A DNA stretch of 64,000 nt from the human T2T-CHM13v2.0 reference genome, Homo sapiens: the NCBI RefSeq assembly GCF_009914755.1, contig NC_060940.1; one strand, written 5' to 3'. A program made the position numbers and the translations under genes. Positions 13,848-28,051 of this stretch are shown in pieces (position 1 is the stretch's first letter; each line of letters starts with the position of its first letter). Under the pieces are notes generated by a model. That model searched no databases, was not told where the DNA came from, and saw nothing but the letters and a program-made list of their open reading frames with translations.

Positions 13848-14537
13848 CAGTTAACCCTCGAACAATGCAGGGGTTAGAGGTGCCAACCCCCATGCAATAA
13901 AAAAATCTGCACATAACTTTCGGCTCTGCAAAACTTTAACTACTAATAGGCTACTATTGATGGGAACCCTTACTAATAACATAAACCATCAATTAACACC
14001 TGTTTTTTTATGTTATATGCATTGCATACTGTATTCTTACAATAAAGTAAGCTAGGGGAAAGAAAATGTTATTAAGAAAATCACAAGGAAGAGAAAATAT
14101 ATTTGCTATTTATTAAGTGGAAGTGGATCATCATAAAGTTTTCCATTCTCATCATCTTCAGGTTTAAGAACTTCCTCGAAAGTAACATTCAGAGAAACAA
14201 AGATGTGTGATAGGCTGGGCATAGTGGCTCATGCCTGTAATCCCAGGGTTTTGGGAGGCCAAGGGAGGAGGATTGCTTGAGGCCATGAGTTCAAGACCAG
14301 CCTAAGCAACACAGCAAGATCCCTTCTCCACAATAAAATTTAATTATTAGTAGGCTGAGGAGGAGGAGGAAGTGGAGGGGTTGGTTTTGCTGTCTCGGGG
14401 AGGCGGAAGGGGAAGAGGTGGAGGAGGCAGAAAGGGAGCCAGGAGAGGCAGGCACACTCAGTGCCACTTTTATTGAAAAAAATTTGCACATAAGTGGCCC
14501 CTTGCAGTTCAGATCAGTATTGTTCAAAGATAAAATG
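13848..14537. mobile_element. Tigger2-family non-autonomous DNA transposon (Tigger2a/MER28-like), interrupted
   Basis: TIR-like ends CAGTTAACCCTCGAACAA and TTGTTCAAAGATAAAATG+TA; internal AGGCTGAGGAGGAGGAGGAAG and AAGTAAGCTAG...AAAGAAAATGTTATTAAG are typical of Tigger2. Confidence 0.8.
14213..14347 (+). mobile_element. FLAM / Alu left monomer inside the Tigger2 element
   Basis: GGCTGGGCATAGTGGCTCATGCCTGTAATCCC...GGATTGCTTGAGGCC...A-rich end. Confidence 0.85.
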
Positions 14538-14615
14538 TACTTATCATTCTAATCTCAACTCAAACGTCATTTTCCATAGATGTTTCTTGACCTCTCCAGG
14601 GTGAGTTGGTGACTT

Positions 14616-14883
14616 CTTTTTTTTAAGCTTTATTTTAGGTTTGAGGATACTGTGCAGGTTTGTTGTACAGGTAAACTTGTTTCATGGGGGTTTGTTGTAC
14701 AGATTATTTCAGCACCCAGATATTAAGCCTAGTACTCAACAGTTATTTTTCCTGCTCCTCTCCCTCCTCCCAACCTCCACCCTTAAGTCTGTTGTTCGCT
14801 TCTTTGTGTTCATGAGTTCTCATCATTTAGCTCCCACTTATAAGTGAGAACAGGAAGCATTTGGTTTTCTGTTCCTGTGTTAG
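14616..14883 (-). mobile_element. Older primate L1 3'-end fragment (L1PA13-16-like)
   Basis: TGTGCAGGTTTGTTGTACAGGTAAAC...TTTAGCTCCCACTTATAAGTGAGAAC; short TSD GTGACT. Confidence 0.85.
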
Positions 14884-15239
14884 TGACTCTCATTTTCTCT
14901 TCACAGCACCTGTATCATAAGCACATTTAATAATGCTTTGCATTCTGGTGCTTCCCTGGACATCTTAGAGGCAGAGAGGAAAAAGAGACGTGTCTGCTGT
15001 TTTCCCAACATGTAGCATATTTATCTGCATACAGTAGGTGCTCAATAAATACCTATTACATTAACAAATGGTAGTATTGCCTCTTAGGGAGGTCTTTTCA
15101 GTCACTCATTAGTAACTTGATTTTTTAACTGGGAGGGTGACCCCTGAGTGAGAAGAAAATTGAACTCAACTTCCACTTTTGAATCTGAGGGATAACTTTG
15201 TAGATGTTGGAACAATGAATGAATGAATGAATGAAAAGG

Positions 15240-15900
15240 TAGTGTATAATGTGTTCAATGCCCGACACAGTGCAATAGAAATTATTCTTCATTTGAAACC
15301 AAAAGACTGGGTTGCATCCCCAAACCTTTACTTACTACTTGTGTGATTTTGAGTAAGTGTTATTTTTCTCTAACATCTCAATGTCATAACCTAAAACAGG
15401 GGTCCATAATTCTTGCCTTATAGGTTTACCGAAATAATGTATTTAAACACAATGTGTAAATCATTAATCATGATACAAAAGTGAGATGTTAGTACAGTAA
15501 GGCAGCATGGTATGATAATTCTCGCTATCATTTGTTGAGTGCTTGCTGTGTTCAAGAACTTAACTTGCATTATTTTATCTTGCTGATCATCTTGGTTAAA
15601 ATATGTCTTTTTTTTTTAACCTATGTGGTAATTGAGCCTTTGAGAGGTTGAGTAACTCATCCCAGGTCACGTGGCTCATAAATGGCTGAGCCAAGTGTCA
15701 AATCCATACTGGAATGGTGGAAAGATGGCAGGAGTTGGTCCCAGAATACTTAGGTGCAAGTCTTGGTACCTTTATTTACTAGTTCTGTGATTTGGAGGCA
15801 TATCTCTTAGGTCCCTAAGCCTCGATTTTCCAATCTGTCAAGAGGGGATCAAATATTTACCTCATAGGGTTGTTGTGAGGGTTAAAAAGGGTTTTGCAAT
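15240..15900. mobile_element. Cluster of MIR relics in both orientations
   Basis: MIR core motifs such as GAGAGGTTGAGTAACTCATCCCAGGTCAC and CCTCATAGGGTTGTTGTGAGGGTTAAA. Confidence 0.6.
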
Positions 15901-16023
15901 TTATTGGACCATACTTTATAGCTCTGTCTCACCATATATCATTTTCTCTAAAGCCCAATAGAAAAAACAATCATCTCAGTACTAATAATTTTGGTTCCCT
16001 CCTAGTTTCTTAGCTTCTTCTCT

Positions 16024-16325
16024 GTTTTTGTTGTTTGTGTTTTGAGACAGGGTCTTACCCTGTTGCCCAGGCTGGAGTCCAGTGGCACGATGACAGCTTG
16101 CTAGAGCCTCGAGTTCCCCAGGCTCAGATGATCCTCCCACCTCACCCTCCTGAGTAGCTGGGACCACAGGTGTGTGCCACCACACCCAGCTAATTTTTGT
16201 ATGTTTTGTAGACATAGGGTTTCACCATGTGGCCCAGGCTGGTCTCAAACTCCGGGACTCAAGTGATCGCCTGCCTTGGCCTTCCAAAGTGCGGAGATTA
16301 TAGGCATGAGCCACCTTGTCCCACC
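16024..16325 (-). mobile_element. Alu (AluJ-type)
   Basis: Antisense dimer; TSD TCTTCTCTGTTTT/TCTTCTGTGTTTT. Confidence 0.92.
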
Positions 16326-17572
16326 TCTTCTGTGTTTTGGAGAAGACCAGAGATTATCATAGTGTAAGAGCATGGACTTGTTCTACGATAGGCCCAGGTC
16401 CAAGTACTGGTTCTGCCACTTACAGGCTTAGGGAAATTATTTAACCACTTTAAGCCTGTTTGCTTACTCCCCAAATGGGGCCAATAACAAGTCCTATGTC
16501 CTAGAATTATTTGTGAGGACCAGATGAGATACTGTGTGTAAATCCTTCATCAGTCCTTGTTACATCAGAGAGATTTAACAAATGATACCAAAGGCAATAC
16601 CTAGATAAGAAATAATAGCACATTCTACATTACACACATTCGAAAGCACTTTAATATGAACTAAGTCAATTTTATTCTCAAATTAGCCCTTGACATTGAT
16701 ATTATTAGTTTCCCATTTTACAAATGAGGAAACCATTGCTCATATAATTTTAGTAATTTCTCCAGAGTCACCCCACCAGGGCCCATTCGCGCCTAGGATT
16801 TCTTACTTTGGGAGCGGTACTTCATCTACATTGGCAGAGTGATAGAGGCCAAGGAGAATTTAGAGGCTCCAAGGGAAAACGGTAGGAATAAGTGAGGTTC
16901 ACCTGCAGTCTCCAAGAAACAGCTCAGAGGTCAGAGCTTCTGAAAAAGTTCAGGGCAGTGAGCTAGCTGGGGAATATTAGTTTCTTGAGCATGCTGAGAA
17001 AGTTATTGAACCAGTGAAGCTGAGAGTACAATAGCTCTATTAAATGACCTCTCCTCTCCTCTCCTCTCACATTTGTGTGCTATGACCCAGAGACAGTTGA
17101 ATGGCTGGGATGGTTCCATGAGTGTCCATACGGCATTTTGCAGATACATACCTGGCCATCAACCCTGCTCCATAAATCCCCCAAACTGGGCTAGGTCATA
17201 CTAGAAATGGAGGAATTTCAAGGATTGCTAAAAGGCTATTTGTACATTGTTCAAAGCCACTAGGTCGAGCTTCACATATGGATTTTCTAAGGCATTCTAA
17301 GGCAAACTCTGTTGCCTGAAAGAGGTCCTAAATCTCCCTTATATTATGTGTTTTTAAATATTATTTGATATCAACAATCAACAAAGTTGAAATCTTTTTA
17401 TATATATATGGCAGCTCAGAGAGATTGCTACTTTCTCAGTGTCTGGCCACTACATAGTGGCAGAGCCGGCATTAACCTTCTGCCTGCAAATGCCCTCTCT
17501 CCACAGATGGAAGGGTAGGGGTTGAGTCTCTAAATCCATTTGTGATGGCACTGACAGGTGGCAGCACCTTGA

Positions 17573-17657
17573 TCTTAAACGTCTAGCCTTAAGCGATTCT
17601 CCCTCTGCGGCCTCTCAAAGTGCTGGGATTGCAAGCCTGAACCACTGCATCCAGCCC
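17573..17657 (-). mobile_element. 3'-truncated, tailless Alu fragment with TSD
   Basis: First ~85 nt of an Alu left monomer, flanked by TGGCAG(C/T)ACCTTGA at 17559-17572 and 17658-17671. Confidence 0.85.
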
Positions 17658-17984
17658 TGGCAGTACCTTGAGACTCTCTACTTAGTGGCTGGAACTTTGG
17701 GCAAGCGAACGAATCCTCCAAAGCCTCATCAGTGAAATAGTGGTACCAGTTTCCTAGGTTTGTTTTAAGTATTAAGTGAGCAAATGCATCTCAGATGATC
17801 TTGATCACTTCGAATCCCACCGCCTGAGCTGCTGAACTAACAGTCAGGATTCAGACCAGGAAACCCATGCAGTCTGGCTTCAGAGCTCTTAATCACCAGG
17901 AGCATAATGTATGAGCAGGACTGGGAAGATTTACGCAGAGGATGGGCTGGAGAGTGGGCTTACAATGTGCATGACTTTCTAATA

Positions 17985-18225
17985 CATCAATGGCAAACAT
18001 TTATTGAGCTTTTGCTAAATGCCAAGCCCTGTTTTAAATACTTTACATGCAGTCACTTATTTCACCTTCACAAAAATCCTAGGAGGTGGAAACGACAGTT
18101 AACCCTATTTTACAGATGAGGAACCTGAAGCAGGGGGGTGTTAAATGACTTGCCCAGAGTTACACAGTTGGTAAGTGGAGTTGAGCAATGTAGCTCAGGA
18201 GTCTCCTAGCTTAACCATTATACTA
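17985..18225 (-). mobile_element. MIR SINE
   Basis: ACATTTATTGAGC...ATTTTACAGATGAGGAACCTGAAG...TTAAATGACTTGCCCAGAGTTACACAG. Confidence 0.8.
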
Positions 18226-18252
18226 GGCAGCATATTTAATACTCATTAGAGA

Positions 18253-18453
18253 AGAGCTTCTCAAACTCTGCACTATCGACATCTTAGGCTGAGTAATTCT
18301 TCACTGTGTGGGGGCTGTCTTGGGAACTGGAGGATGTTTAGCAGCATCCCTAGCCTACACCCATTAGACGGCAGTAGCATCAGCACCATGCCGGTTAGAA
18401 TAACCCAAAATGTCTCCAGATACTGTCAAATATTTGTGGGGGGTGCAAAATTG
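18253..18453. mobile_element. MER20 (hAT-Charlie MITE)
   Basis: GCACTATCGACATCTTAGGCTG...GGATGTTTAGCAGCATCCCTAGCCTACACCCATTAGA...AAAATGTCTCCAGA. Confidence 0.85.
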
Positions 18454-18744
18454 ATTTGAAGCTTGGCTCAGCCATTTGCCACCTGTGTGACCTTGAATGA
18501 GTTGCTCAATACCTCTGGAGCTCAATCACTTCCTATGTAAAAGGGAGACACATTTTAGCCGGGATGATCAGGAGGATAATATAAAATGGTGCATTAAAGT
18601 TCTTGTATGTAGGAAGCGCTCATCTTGTTCGTAGGAATTATTATGCCATGCTGCTTAATGGAGTAACACTTCACTTTGTGTCATGACTGACACAATGTGC
18701 TTTCATAAATTATTTCAACAAACCTATGAGAAAAGCAGGGATTA

Positions 18745-19160
<416 letters not shown>

Positions 19161-22140
19161 AGAACACTTCTCCTTCCAAAGGAAGGAGTGAGCAAGGGGT
19201 GTTGAAAGAGAAGGAAATCATTTTCCTCAAACTGTTTACATTTGTAAAGTGAAACAGAAACCCTCTCTCATTTATGGAAATCGGAGCAATGTTTCTCACC
19301 CTCCAACAAAAACAGCATGACAAATTACATTTATTGAGTCTTTACTATGTACCAGGAGCTATGATTAACTTTTTTCCCCCATGCATTAAAGTATATACTC
19401 CTTATAAAGGTCCTGTAATTATCCGGGCAGTGGGTGGATTTCAGTAATGCCCCAGATTTGTTTGTGTCTCAGGTCCTTTGCATCTGGGTCTGCTCATGGC
19501 AAGTGCTCAATACATGTTAACTGGTGCTCATTTTCTTCTGTATTTGCATATACTTGATTGAAAGATCCAAGAGTTAGGTTAGAACTTAATGGCAAGGTGG
19601 AGATATCTTATTTTGGCACCATTTCTGGATCCCACCCTTAGAAGTCAGGCCCGCCCTCTGTACTTAGGTACTGACCTCAATTTTAACTCAGTATACTACA
19701 TCGTAATGTAATTCTCTGTGTGCCTGTTTCTCTTCTGGACTGTTATGTTCCCTGTAGCTTTAAAATGCTATCTTTTTGCTTTTGTGTCTCCATTATCTAA
19801 CACAGGATCTAGATAGTATAATACAGAGAGATAAGAAATATTTCTTAAATGAGGAGGCCTGTGTTCAAATCCACACCCTCTCTTTCCTTGTCACATGACA
19901 TTGAGCAGGTTCACTTTTCTGAGACCAATTTTTTCAACTAGAAACTGAAGATAATCATGTCCATCTGATAGGGTTATTGTGAGAATGAAGCAAAATAAAA
20001 CATGTAAAAGTCCTTGGAATATTGTAACCGTTGAAAGAATATTACGTTCCTTCTTTTCATGCTAACCCATCTGTGAATGGGGGATGAGGGCTAGGCTGTA
20101 TGGAAGGCACAGGATCATTGGGCTGGTTCTTTTGTAATTCGACCCCAGATCTGCCTAATTTACATGTCTCTAGCCCTGCAAAAAAATGGCTTTAGTACCT
20201 GCTTTTCTCTTTTAGTTATATCAAGTATCAACCTTCCCCAGGTGGTGTCTGTACAATTAATGGCTACAGAATCGCTAGGGCTAGGGCAGGCTGGTTTTTC
20301 TTAGATTCTTTTTTGAGTTTGTAATCTTAGCTGTCATCCCTTTGGCTCTGAAGATTATTAGGCATTCCACGAGGAAAGCAGTCCTCTTTAAAATGGTTCG
20401 GAAGCAGCCATGATTGAGGAAAGCCACTTACCTTGCATTGCACTCCTGCCCCCTTGCCTGATATCCAGCCAATAGTCACCCATGACCTTGGCAAAGAGGA
20501 GGCAGCTTGCCTCGTTCCAAGCTCAATTATCAGGAGATAACCTCTGAAAGTTGGTTAAATAGGATTTCTCTTTCCTATTTCTTTCGGTTCTTTCTTTCTT
20601 TATTTTTTTTTAAGCACAGCAGAAAAAGGCTTTCCTGGAGACAGCAAGGACAAATATGAACAATGATAGAGGAAGGTTTTCAGTTTTGTTGGGGAGAGAG
20701 ATTGTGCATCAACTTATAGCTGCACACCCTCCATCTCTTCAGAGAGAACTTCAAAAGCTTCACTCCAGAGATTTACTCAAAGACTGCATGGCCCGTTGGT
20801 TAGTGTATAATGTAACATTTGCTTTTATCCTTATAAATATTTTAACTCTTTTTTGCACTCTGGATCTCTTGTTTCAAAGCCAAATTTCTTTCACTTTGTT
20901 AGTAGAATTGCACCTTCTCCCCAACATCCAAGCAATTTTCCTTCTTCCGAGGCTTGTACTAAGGTAAAATGAGTCTTCCCCTCTCTGCCCTCCACAACCT
21001 CTTTCAACTGGGCAGCTCCCTGTGAACTTTCAGGTGATATTCAATCTTAGTTTATGTTTTTATTTCCCCCCAAATGCTCAGTTCTCAAGCCCCTTTTTTA
21101 TTTGAGTAATATTTTCTTTTTTTCCTGCTGTGTTTCTACTTTCTTAGAAGTGTTAATTCAACAAACATTAACGCTTTCTCAGACACTGTACTAAGATATA
21201 TATATATATATATATACCCAGACATATATGCACACACACAGAGATAAATATTCAGATATAGATATACAGATAAAAATATAGAGATAGAAATACTGTGGAA
21301 GGATTCATAGAGAAAAATTTAATAGAAACTTACTGAAGACTGAGTGAAGGGGCTCATGGAAGACTTCTTTGAGGAGGTGCCTTTGGAACTTTGTATTGAT
21401 GTATGCATAGGAGATAGGTGTTAGCTGCCTGTATATATAGGAGAAAGACACTCAAAAGTAGAATACATAATATATGGTTATAGGAACTTACAAGAATATA
21501 GCATATAATACAGGGAGAGGGATGAGAATGTGGTATGCCTGAAAACTAGGATTTGTCAGAGAAAAGGTTGGTAAATGAAACTGGGAAGATAATCGGTGTT
21601 CATATTAGGAAAGTCTTTTCACACTGAACTAAAAAATTGAGCTCAAACTTTTCCCTGCAAATTACATGACACTACTGGAGGTATTTAAGCAAATGAGTAC
21701 CTTATTCCAATATGTGTTTTGAGAAATTATTATGACTGTGAAGATCAGGCTAGTTCAATAAGAAGTTGGGGCATAATGTTCCTTACACTTTCAATTTGCC
21801 AAGTCCTGACCAAAATTTCTGGTAAGTTCTTGAAAATCAGCCAATGCAAAATCAATCAACCTGTGTCCTAGGAACCTAAAAATCAATGGCAGACTAAATG
21901 TCACATGGAAAGGTCAGCAACACACATACACAAAATGAAAGACTGAAACAAGCATACAATTTGAATACCAGGACCACAGGCCTTTATTTAAGAAAGGCTT
22001 GGCTTGAAATCCTGATTTGGTAGGGCCTGGCTTGAAAGCCCAAGATCTTTATGGACATGCTGTTATTTATATGTCACTTACTCTTATTTATGGTTACAAT
22101 TAGGCCATAATGATCATTAATTAGAAAAAATGCTTTTACT

Positions 22141-22502
<362 letters not shown>

Positions 22503-22654
22503 CTATCAGCCAGTACTTAGGTTGTTTATGGTAAAGTCTCCCTCACTTCTCCCAGGAAGAAATGATCACTCTTTCCTCTGTACACACATAGCACTTTAGG
22601 AATATGTATGTTACAGAATTTATCATGATGCATTGTGATTATATCTTCAAGAAG

Positions 22655-23147
<493 letters not shown>

Positions 23148-23768
23148 TGAAAAATGATACAATTTGTGTAGCACATTGGGATAAATGAATGAGACTGCTT
23201 GTGTTTGAGATAACCAAGCTGAGGGGCTTGTCCCGAGTCAAGACCTTCCTGGCTGCCCTGATGGCTAAGGAGATTCAACTTGCAGTGCACCTGTCACTCA
23301 TTCGTGGGAAACTGATCTGCCAGCCTGTGTTCATCAAAGGTGGAGATTACCATGCCTCTTTGTATCCTGTGTGCCCAGCACAATCTTTTTCACAGTGCAG
23401 GCACGTAATAAGTATTTGTTTCAATAAATAGATGAATGAATGGAAGGCAAGAAGGAAGACCTTACCTCTCTTTGTCCATCCAAAGTAATGTGTGGGAAAA
23501 CAATGTTCACTAACTAGATAGTTTTATTTTCTATCCAAATAATGCATTTTGACATTCCAAAATGACTGCAGATTCTGCCAAATCACTTTGGGGAAACGGA
23601 CAAAAAAAAGGCGTCTTGAAAGATGAGTTGTCATGGAATACTTGGGGAGGCTGGCAGAGCTTCATACTTAAACCACCAGGAAATGCTTGATCATTCACAG
23701 GTTTCAGAATAAGTACTGCTGGGCAAAAATATTTATTCCTTAATCAATGGCCTATTAGTGGTACATAC

Positions 23769-24081
23769 TTTTTATTTTCATTTTTACTTTGCTTTTAGAG
23801 ATAGGGTTTTGCTCTGTCACCTAGGCTAGGGTTGGAGTAAAGTGGCATGATCATAGCTCACAGTAGCCACAAACTCATGGGCTCAAAATATCCTCCCACC
23901 TCAGCCTCCTGAGTACCTGAGACTAAAGGTGCGTGCCACCACGCCTGGCTAATTTTTTTTTCTGTAGAGATGGGGTCTTGCTATGTTTCCCCAGGCTGAT
24001 CTTGAGCTCCTGGACTCAAGCAATCCTCCTGCTTCAGCCTCCCAGGTGTTGCGATTATGGATGTGAACCACTGCTCCAGGC
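23769..24081 (-). mobile_element. Alu (AluJo-like, diverged)
   Basis: Antisense dimer with GATCATAGCTCAC. Confidence 0.88.
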
Positions 24082-24554
24082 ATACTTTAAAATGGGGAGA
24101 GGGAAGTCTTTCTGTTCATCTGTGGCAAGAAGCCAACAGTAGGTCAAGACATTCTTGGAATGAAAGTCTTCATATGATCCATATCCTTAGAAAAGAAACC
24201 AAATTTTACTAACTGGCAGGCCTCACTTACAATTAAAAAGAGCTCATATAATTGAAATGGCCAAAAAAAATTTAAAAAGTAGGAGAAAATCTGTATCAGT
24301 GAGATGTCAAGGAAAAGTGCCATTCACATGCCAAAATAAAGACTTTCTACAAGATAGAACAATGGTTTCTAAAGTTTGTATCATGCTCATTTCACAGATT
24401 GAAAGCAACACACTTTTTTCAGTATTTAAAAATTTTTATTTATTTTAGTCATATAGAAAAATTACAAAAATTGTGCAAAGACACCTGTATATTCTTTATT
24501 CAGATTCATCTATTAAATTTTGCCACATTTGCTTCATCATTTGTGCTTTCACTT

Positions 24555-24965
24555 TCTATATATCCATCTATTCATCCATCTGCCTATCTATTCAATCATC
24601 TTTCTATCCATCAATTATATCTATCTATCCATCCATCCATCAATTATCTATCTATATCCATCCATCCATCCATCCATCAATTATCTATCTATATCCATCC
24701 ATCCATCCATCCATCCATTCATCTATCAATTATTTCTAAGTTATCTTTCTATTCATCCATCCACCAATCTACGTATCCACTTATCTTTCCATCCATCTAT
24801 TTATCAATTTTATCTATCATCTATCCATCCATCAATGATATCTATCTATCTATGTATCTATCTCCATCAATCCATCCATCCATCCATCCATCCATGTATC
24901 TACCCATCGATCTGTCAATTATATCTATCTATCTATCTTTCTATCTATATCTATCTATCTATCTT
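24555..24965. repeat. Compound (TCCA)n/(TCTA)n microsatellite within old L1 3' relics
   Basis: Directly visible; source of the spurious IHPS/SIYL ORFs. Confidence 0.9.
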
Positions 24966-25559
24966 CTCTATGCCAGGATATACTCCAACATACTAATTAT
25001 AATTATCTGATTATTCAGATTATGGGTGATTTTACTTGTACTATTTTGTTTAGATGCATTTTTTTTTACAAAAGTATATTTTACTTGGGTAATTTTAAAA
25101 GTTTAATTTGTTTTTGCCAAGCTTCTTGTCTGCTGATGAGGTTGGAGAGGGTAACCCAGCTAATGAGAATCCTGGGGTCAAGTGAGAGCATGTTTTAAAC
25201 ATTATAACTGCAGACACAATGTAACTTCTGGCAAGTTTACGGGGCTTGGTGGATTGCGGAAAGAGCAGAGGTAGAATCCAAGATAATGGTGGAAATGTCT
25301 GTTCCTATTTATCCTTGGTTGACTCAACCATTGGAGTTCTCCATTCCTTCATGAGGGCAGTAGCTTTACTATGTTCATGGTTTAAACCCCAGTGGGAGCC
25401 TCCATAATTCCCAGGAATCCATGTCCTTGTCCCTTGGCAATTCGGGCTCCTATTCTCACTAGTGGCCACTTCAACAGTTTACCTCATGCTTCACACTGTC
25501 TACCATTTTCTGATTTTTCCCTAAGGAAACCAAGATCTCTTGGGTTGGAGAGACTAACC

Positions 25560-26205
25560 TCATTCTTCTGCTAATGCCTTTAAGATGATTTGTGTCTAAA
25601 TTTTCTTTCTTCCTTTCTGTTTCAGAGAAAGCAATGTAACTCCTCTTGTATAACAAGGATCCTGCAATCTGGGTTTTGGATCCCAGACCCTCTTGTCAAT
25701 GATCATCTCTCCTTTATCTTCAATGTATCTTCTATTGGCTCTTTCTTCTAAATCTAAAACCATGCTCAAGTTTCTGCCATAGTGGAAAAAAACCCTAACT
25801 TTCCTAACCTTCCTGAGATAGCATCCTATATTTTCTCTATTTTCCCTTTTTGCTGCTTGAAAGAGTAGTCTACACTTCTTGCCACATTTCTCGCAATAAG
25901 GGCTTGTTGAATGCCCTGCAATCTGACTTCCCTGACTCCACAGAGATTGTTCTTGATGAGATCAGCAGTGAACTTCATGGAGCCAAATCCTATGGACAGT
26001 TTTCCATCCTTATCTTTTTGACATTTCTGGGGTATCTAACCCCCTGATTGCTCACCCCTTAAATTCTTATAATCTTTTTCTATCCATCCACCTATCCATT
26101 CATCTTCCATCTATCTACTTATCAATTCTATCTGTCTGTCTATCTATCTATCTATCTATCTATCATCTACCAATTCATCCATCTTTCCATCCATGTATCT
26201 ATCAC

Positions 26206-26273
<68 letters not shown>

Positions 26274-27545
26274 ATCATCTATCTAATCCATCCATCCATC
26301 CATCCATCCATCCATCCATCCATCCATCCAGCCAGCCAGCCATCCATCCACCTACCTCTCCATCCATCCTTCCATCCATATAGCTATCAATTCTATCTCT
26401 CCATCTCCCTATCTCTCTATCCATTCATCCTCTCTATGCTGGGATATACTCCAATATACTAACCATAATTATATAGTTAGTATGGATTGCTTCCTACTTC
26501 TCTGTCCAACCCTCTTCCATGTTCTTCCTTGTTCTTCCTAGACTGTTCTTTAGACCCCCCAAGGCTCTGTTCAATACTACTTTGGTCTCAGTCTTTCCAG
26601 TCTTCCTGGCAATATCCATTCCATTCATGGTTCAGGTTCTCACCTATGCTGATGATTTTCACATCTCCAGCTTCTTTACTGGGCCTATGCCTTAGGATAT
26701 CAATCAGCTTATGTGACTCAGACACAGCATGAGAGAGCTGGGCCTCTTTTCATGGCTCTTCTTCCAAACCACTTCCTCCTGGCACATTCTCTATTTAGTA
26801 AATGGCACCCCTTTCCCCAAGACACCCAGAAATGAAATCTAGCAGTTGATATGGACACTCAACACTATGGATCTCCCATATTTAATCAGTCACCAAGAAT
26901 TACAATATCCGCTATTGAAACATTGCTTGTATCACCTTTATTCTCTCTAGCTTTACTGTCTTAGGTGAGATCAGCACCATCCCTTGTCTAGATAATTGTA
27001 GAAGCCTCCTGATGGGCTTCTTTGTCTTTAACATCTTCCCTCAACAATTTATCTTCCTCTCTGCTTCTAGACTACCGTAGAATCAAAATCTGACCATGTC
27101 ATGTCATATTCCTTCAGTAGATTCACTTGGCTTCCAGAATTTAATTCCAAACAAAATGTTCTCCTATAACCTAGCTCTCATGCAGTTTTCCTGCCACATT
27201 CGTTATTATTCTCACAGAATACACCTTCATTCCCCCAACATACTTTTATCATGACTCTATGTCTTATTAAATTCTATACTCTTTGATGAGATGCCTTTCA
27301 TCTCTTTTTTATTTCTCAGTACGATGTTACTTCCTCTGGCACAACTTTGCTACCCTCCCTCTAATTCAAAAGCTCCCTGCTCTGTGCCTATGCTCCAACT
27401 GTGCATTTGTTCATGGTCTTCCCCAGTAGACTGTATGTGTTTGAAGGTAAGCTTATCTTACATTATTTTGTATAGTGTCTGGAACCTAGTAGGAACTGAT
27501 CAGTAAATATTTGTGGATAAACACATTCATGGAATTAATGAATTT
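25560..27545 (+). mobile_element. L2 LINE relic, split by the 26075-26472 insertion
   Basis: L2-like CCTGCAATCTGACTTC...GCCAAATCCTATGGACAGTTTTCC and 3'-end TAGTGTCTGGAACCTAGTAGGAACTGATCAGTAAATATTTGTGGAT. Confidence 0.65.
26080..26430. repeat. Compound (TCTA)n/(TCCA)n microsatellite including a perfect ~14x ATCT run
   Basis: Directly visible; perfect run at ~26206-26261. Confidence 0.9.
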
Positions 27546-27595
27546 TCCTTTTGTATGTATGTGTCTTATCTAATTTTACATTTCAGGCTCTCAAA

Positions 27596-28051
27596 AAGCA
27601 AGCCCCAACATGGAGCCTGTGAGGGTTCTTGGCTTTGCACAGGAAGGAATCCAAGGGCAAGCCAGAGGTAGAAGAAAACAGCTGTATTGAAGAGGCAGTG
27701 TTATAGCTCCGTGACTGCTCCTGCAGAGCAGGGCTGCCTCATAGGCAGAGAGTAGTAGCTCAGGACAGTTTTGCAGTCATATTTATACCCACTTTTAATT
27801 GCATGAAGATTAAGAGGCAGTTTATGCAGAAATTTCTAGGGAAAGGGTACTAACTTTTGAGTCATTGGGTCATTGCCATGGAAAAGGGCAGTAATTCCTA
27901 GGTGTTGCCATGCCAACAGTAAATTGACATGACACACTGGTGGGTGTGTCTGATTTAAAGCTGCTTTCACCCTGGCCCATTTTTAGCTACTCCTCAATCT
28001 GATCTGGTGTCCAAGCCCTGTCTCTGGAGTAGAGCTCCACCTCCTACCTCA
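27596..28051 (-). mobile_element. ERV1-class solo LTR (family uncertain, LTR19/LTR15-like)
   Basis: Reverse complement begins TGAGGTAGGAGGTGGAGCTC; homologous to the LTR at 34269-34708. Confidence 0.75.

Noticed and set aside
24399-25010. 203-aa ORF, the longest in the track, and overlapping ORFs
   Set aside because: Translation of TCCA/TCTA microsatellite (IHPS/SIYL repeats); no coding character.
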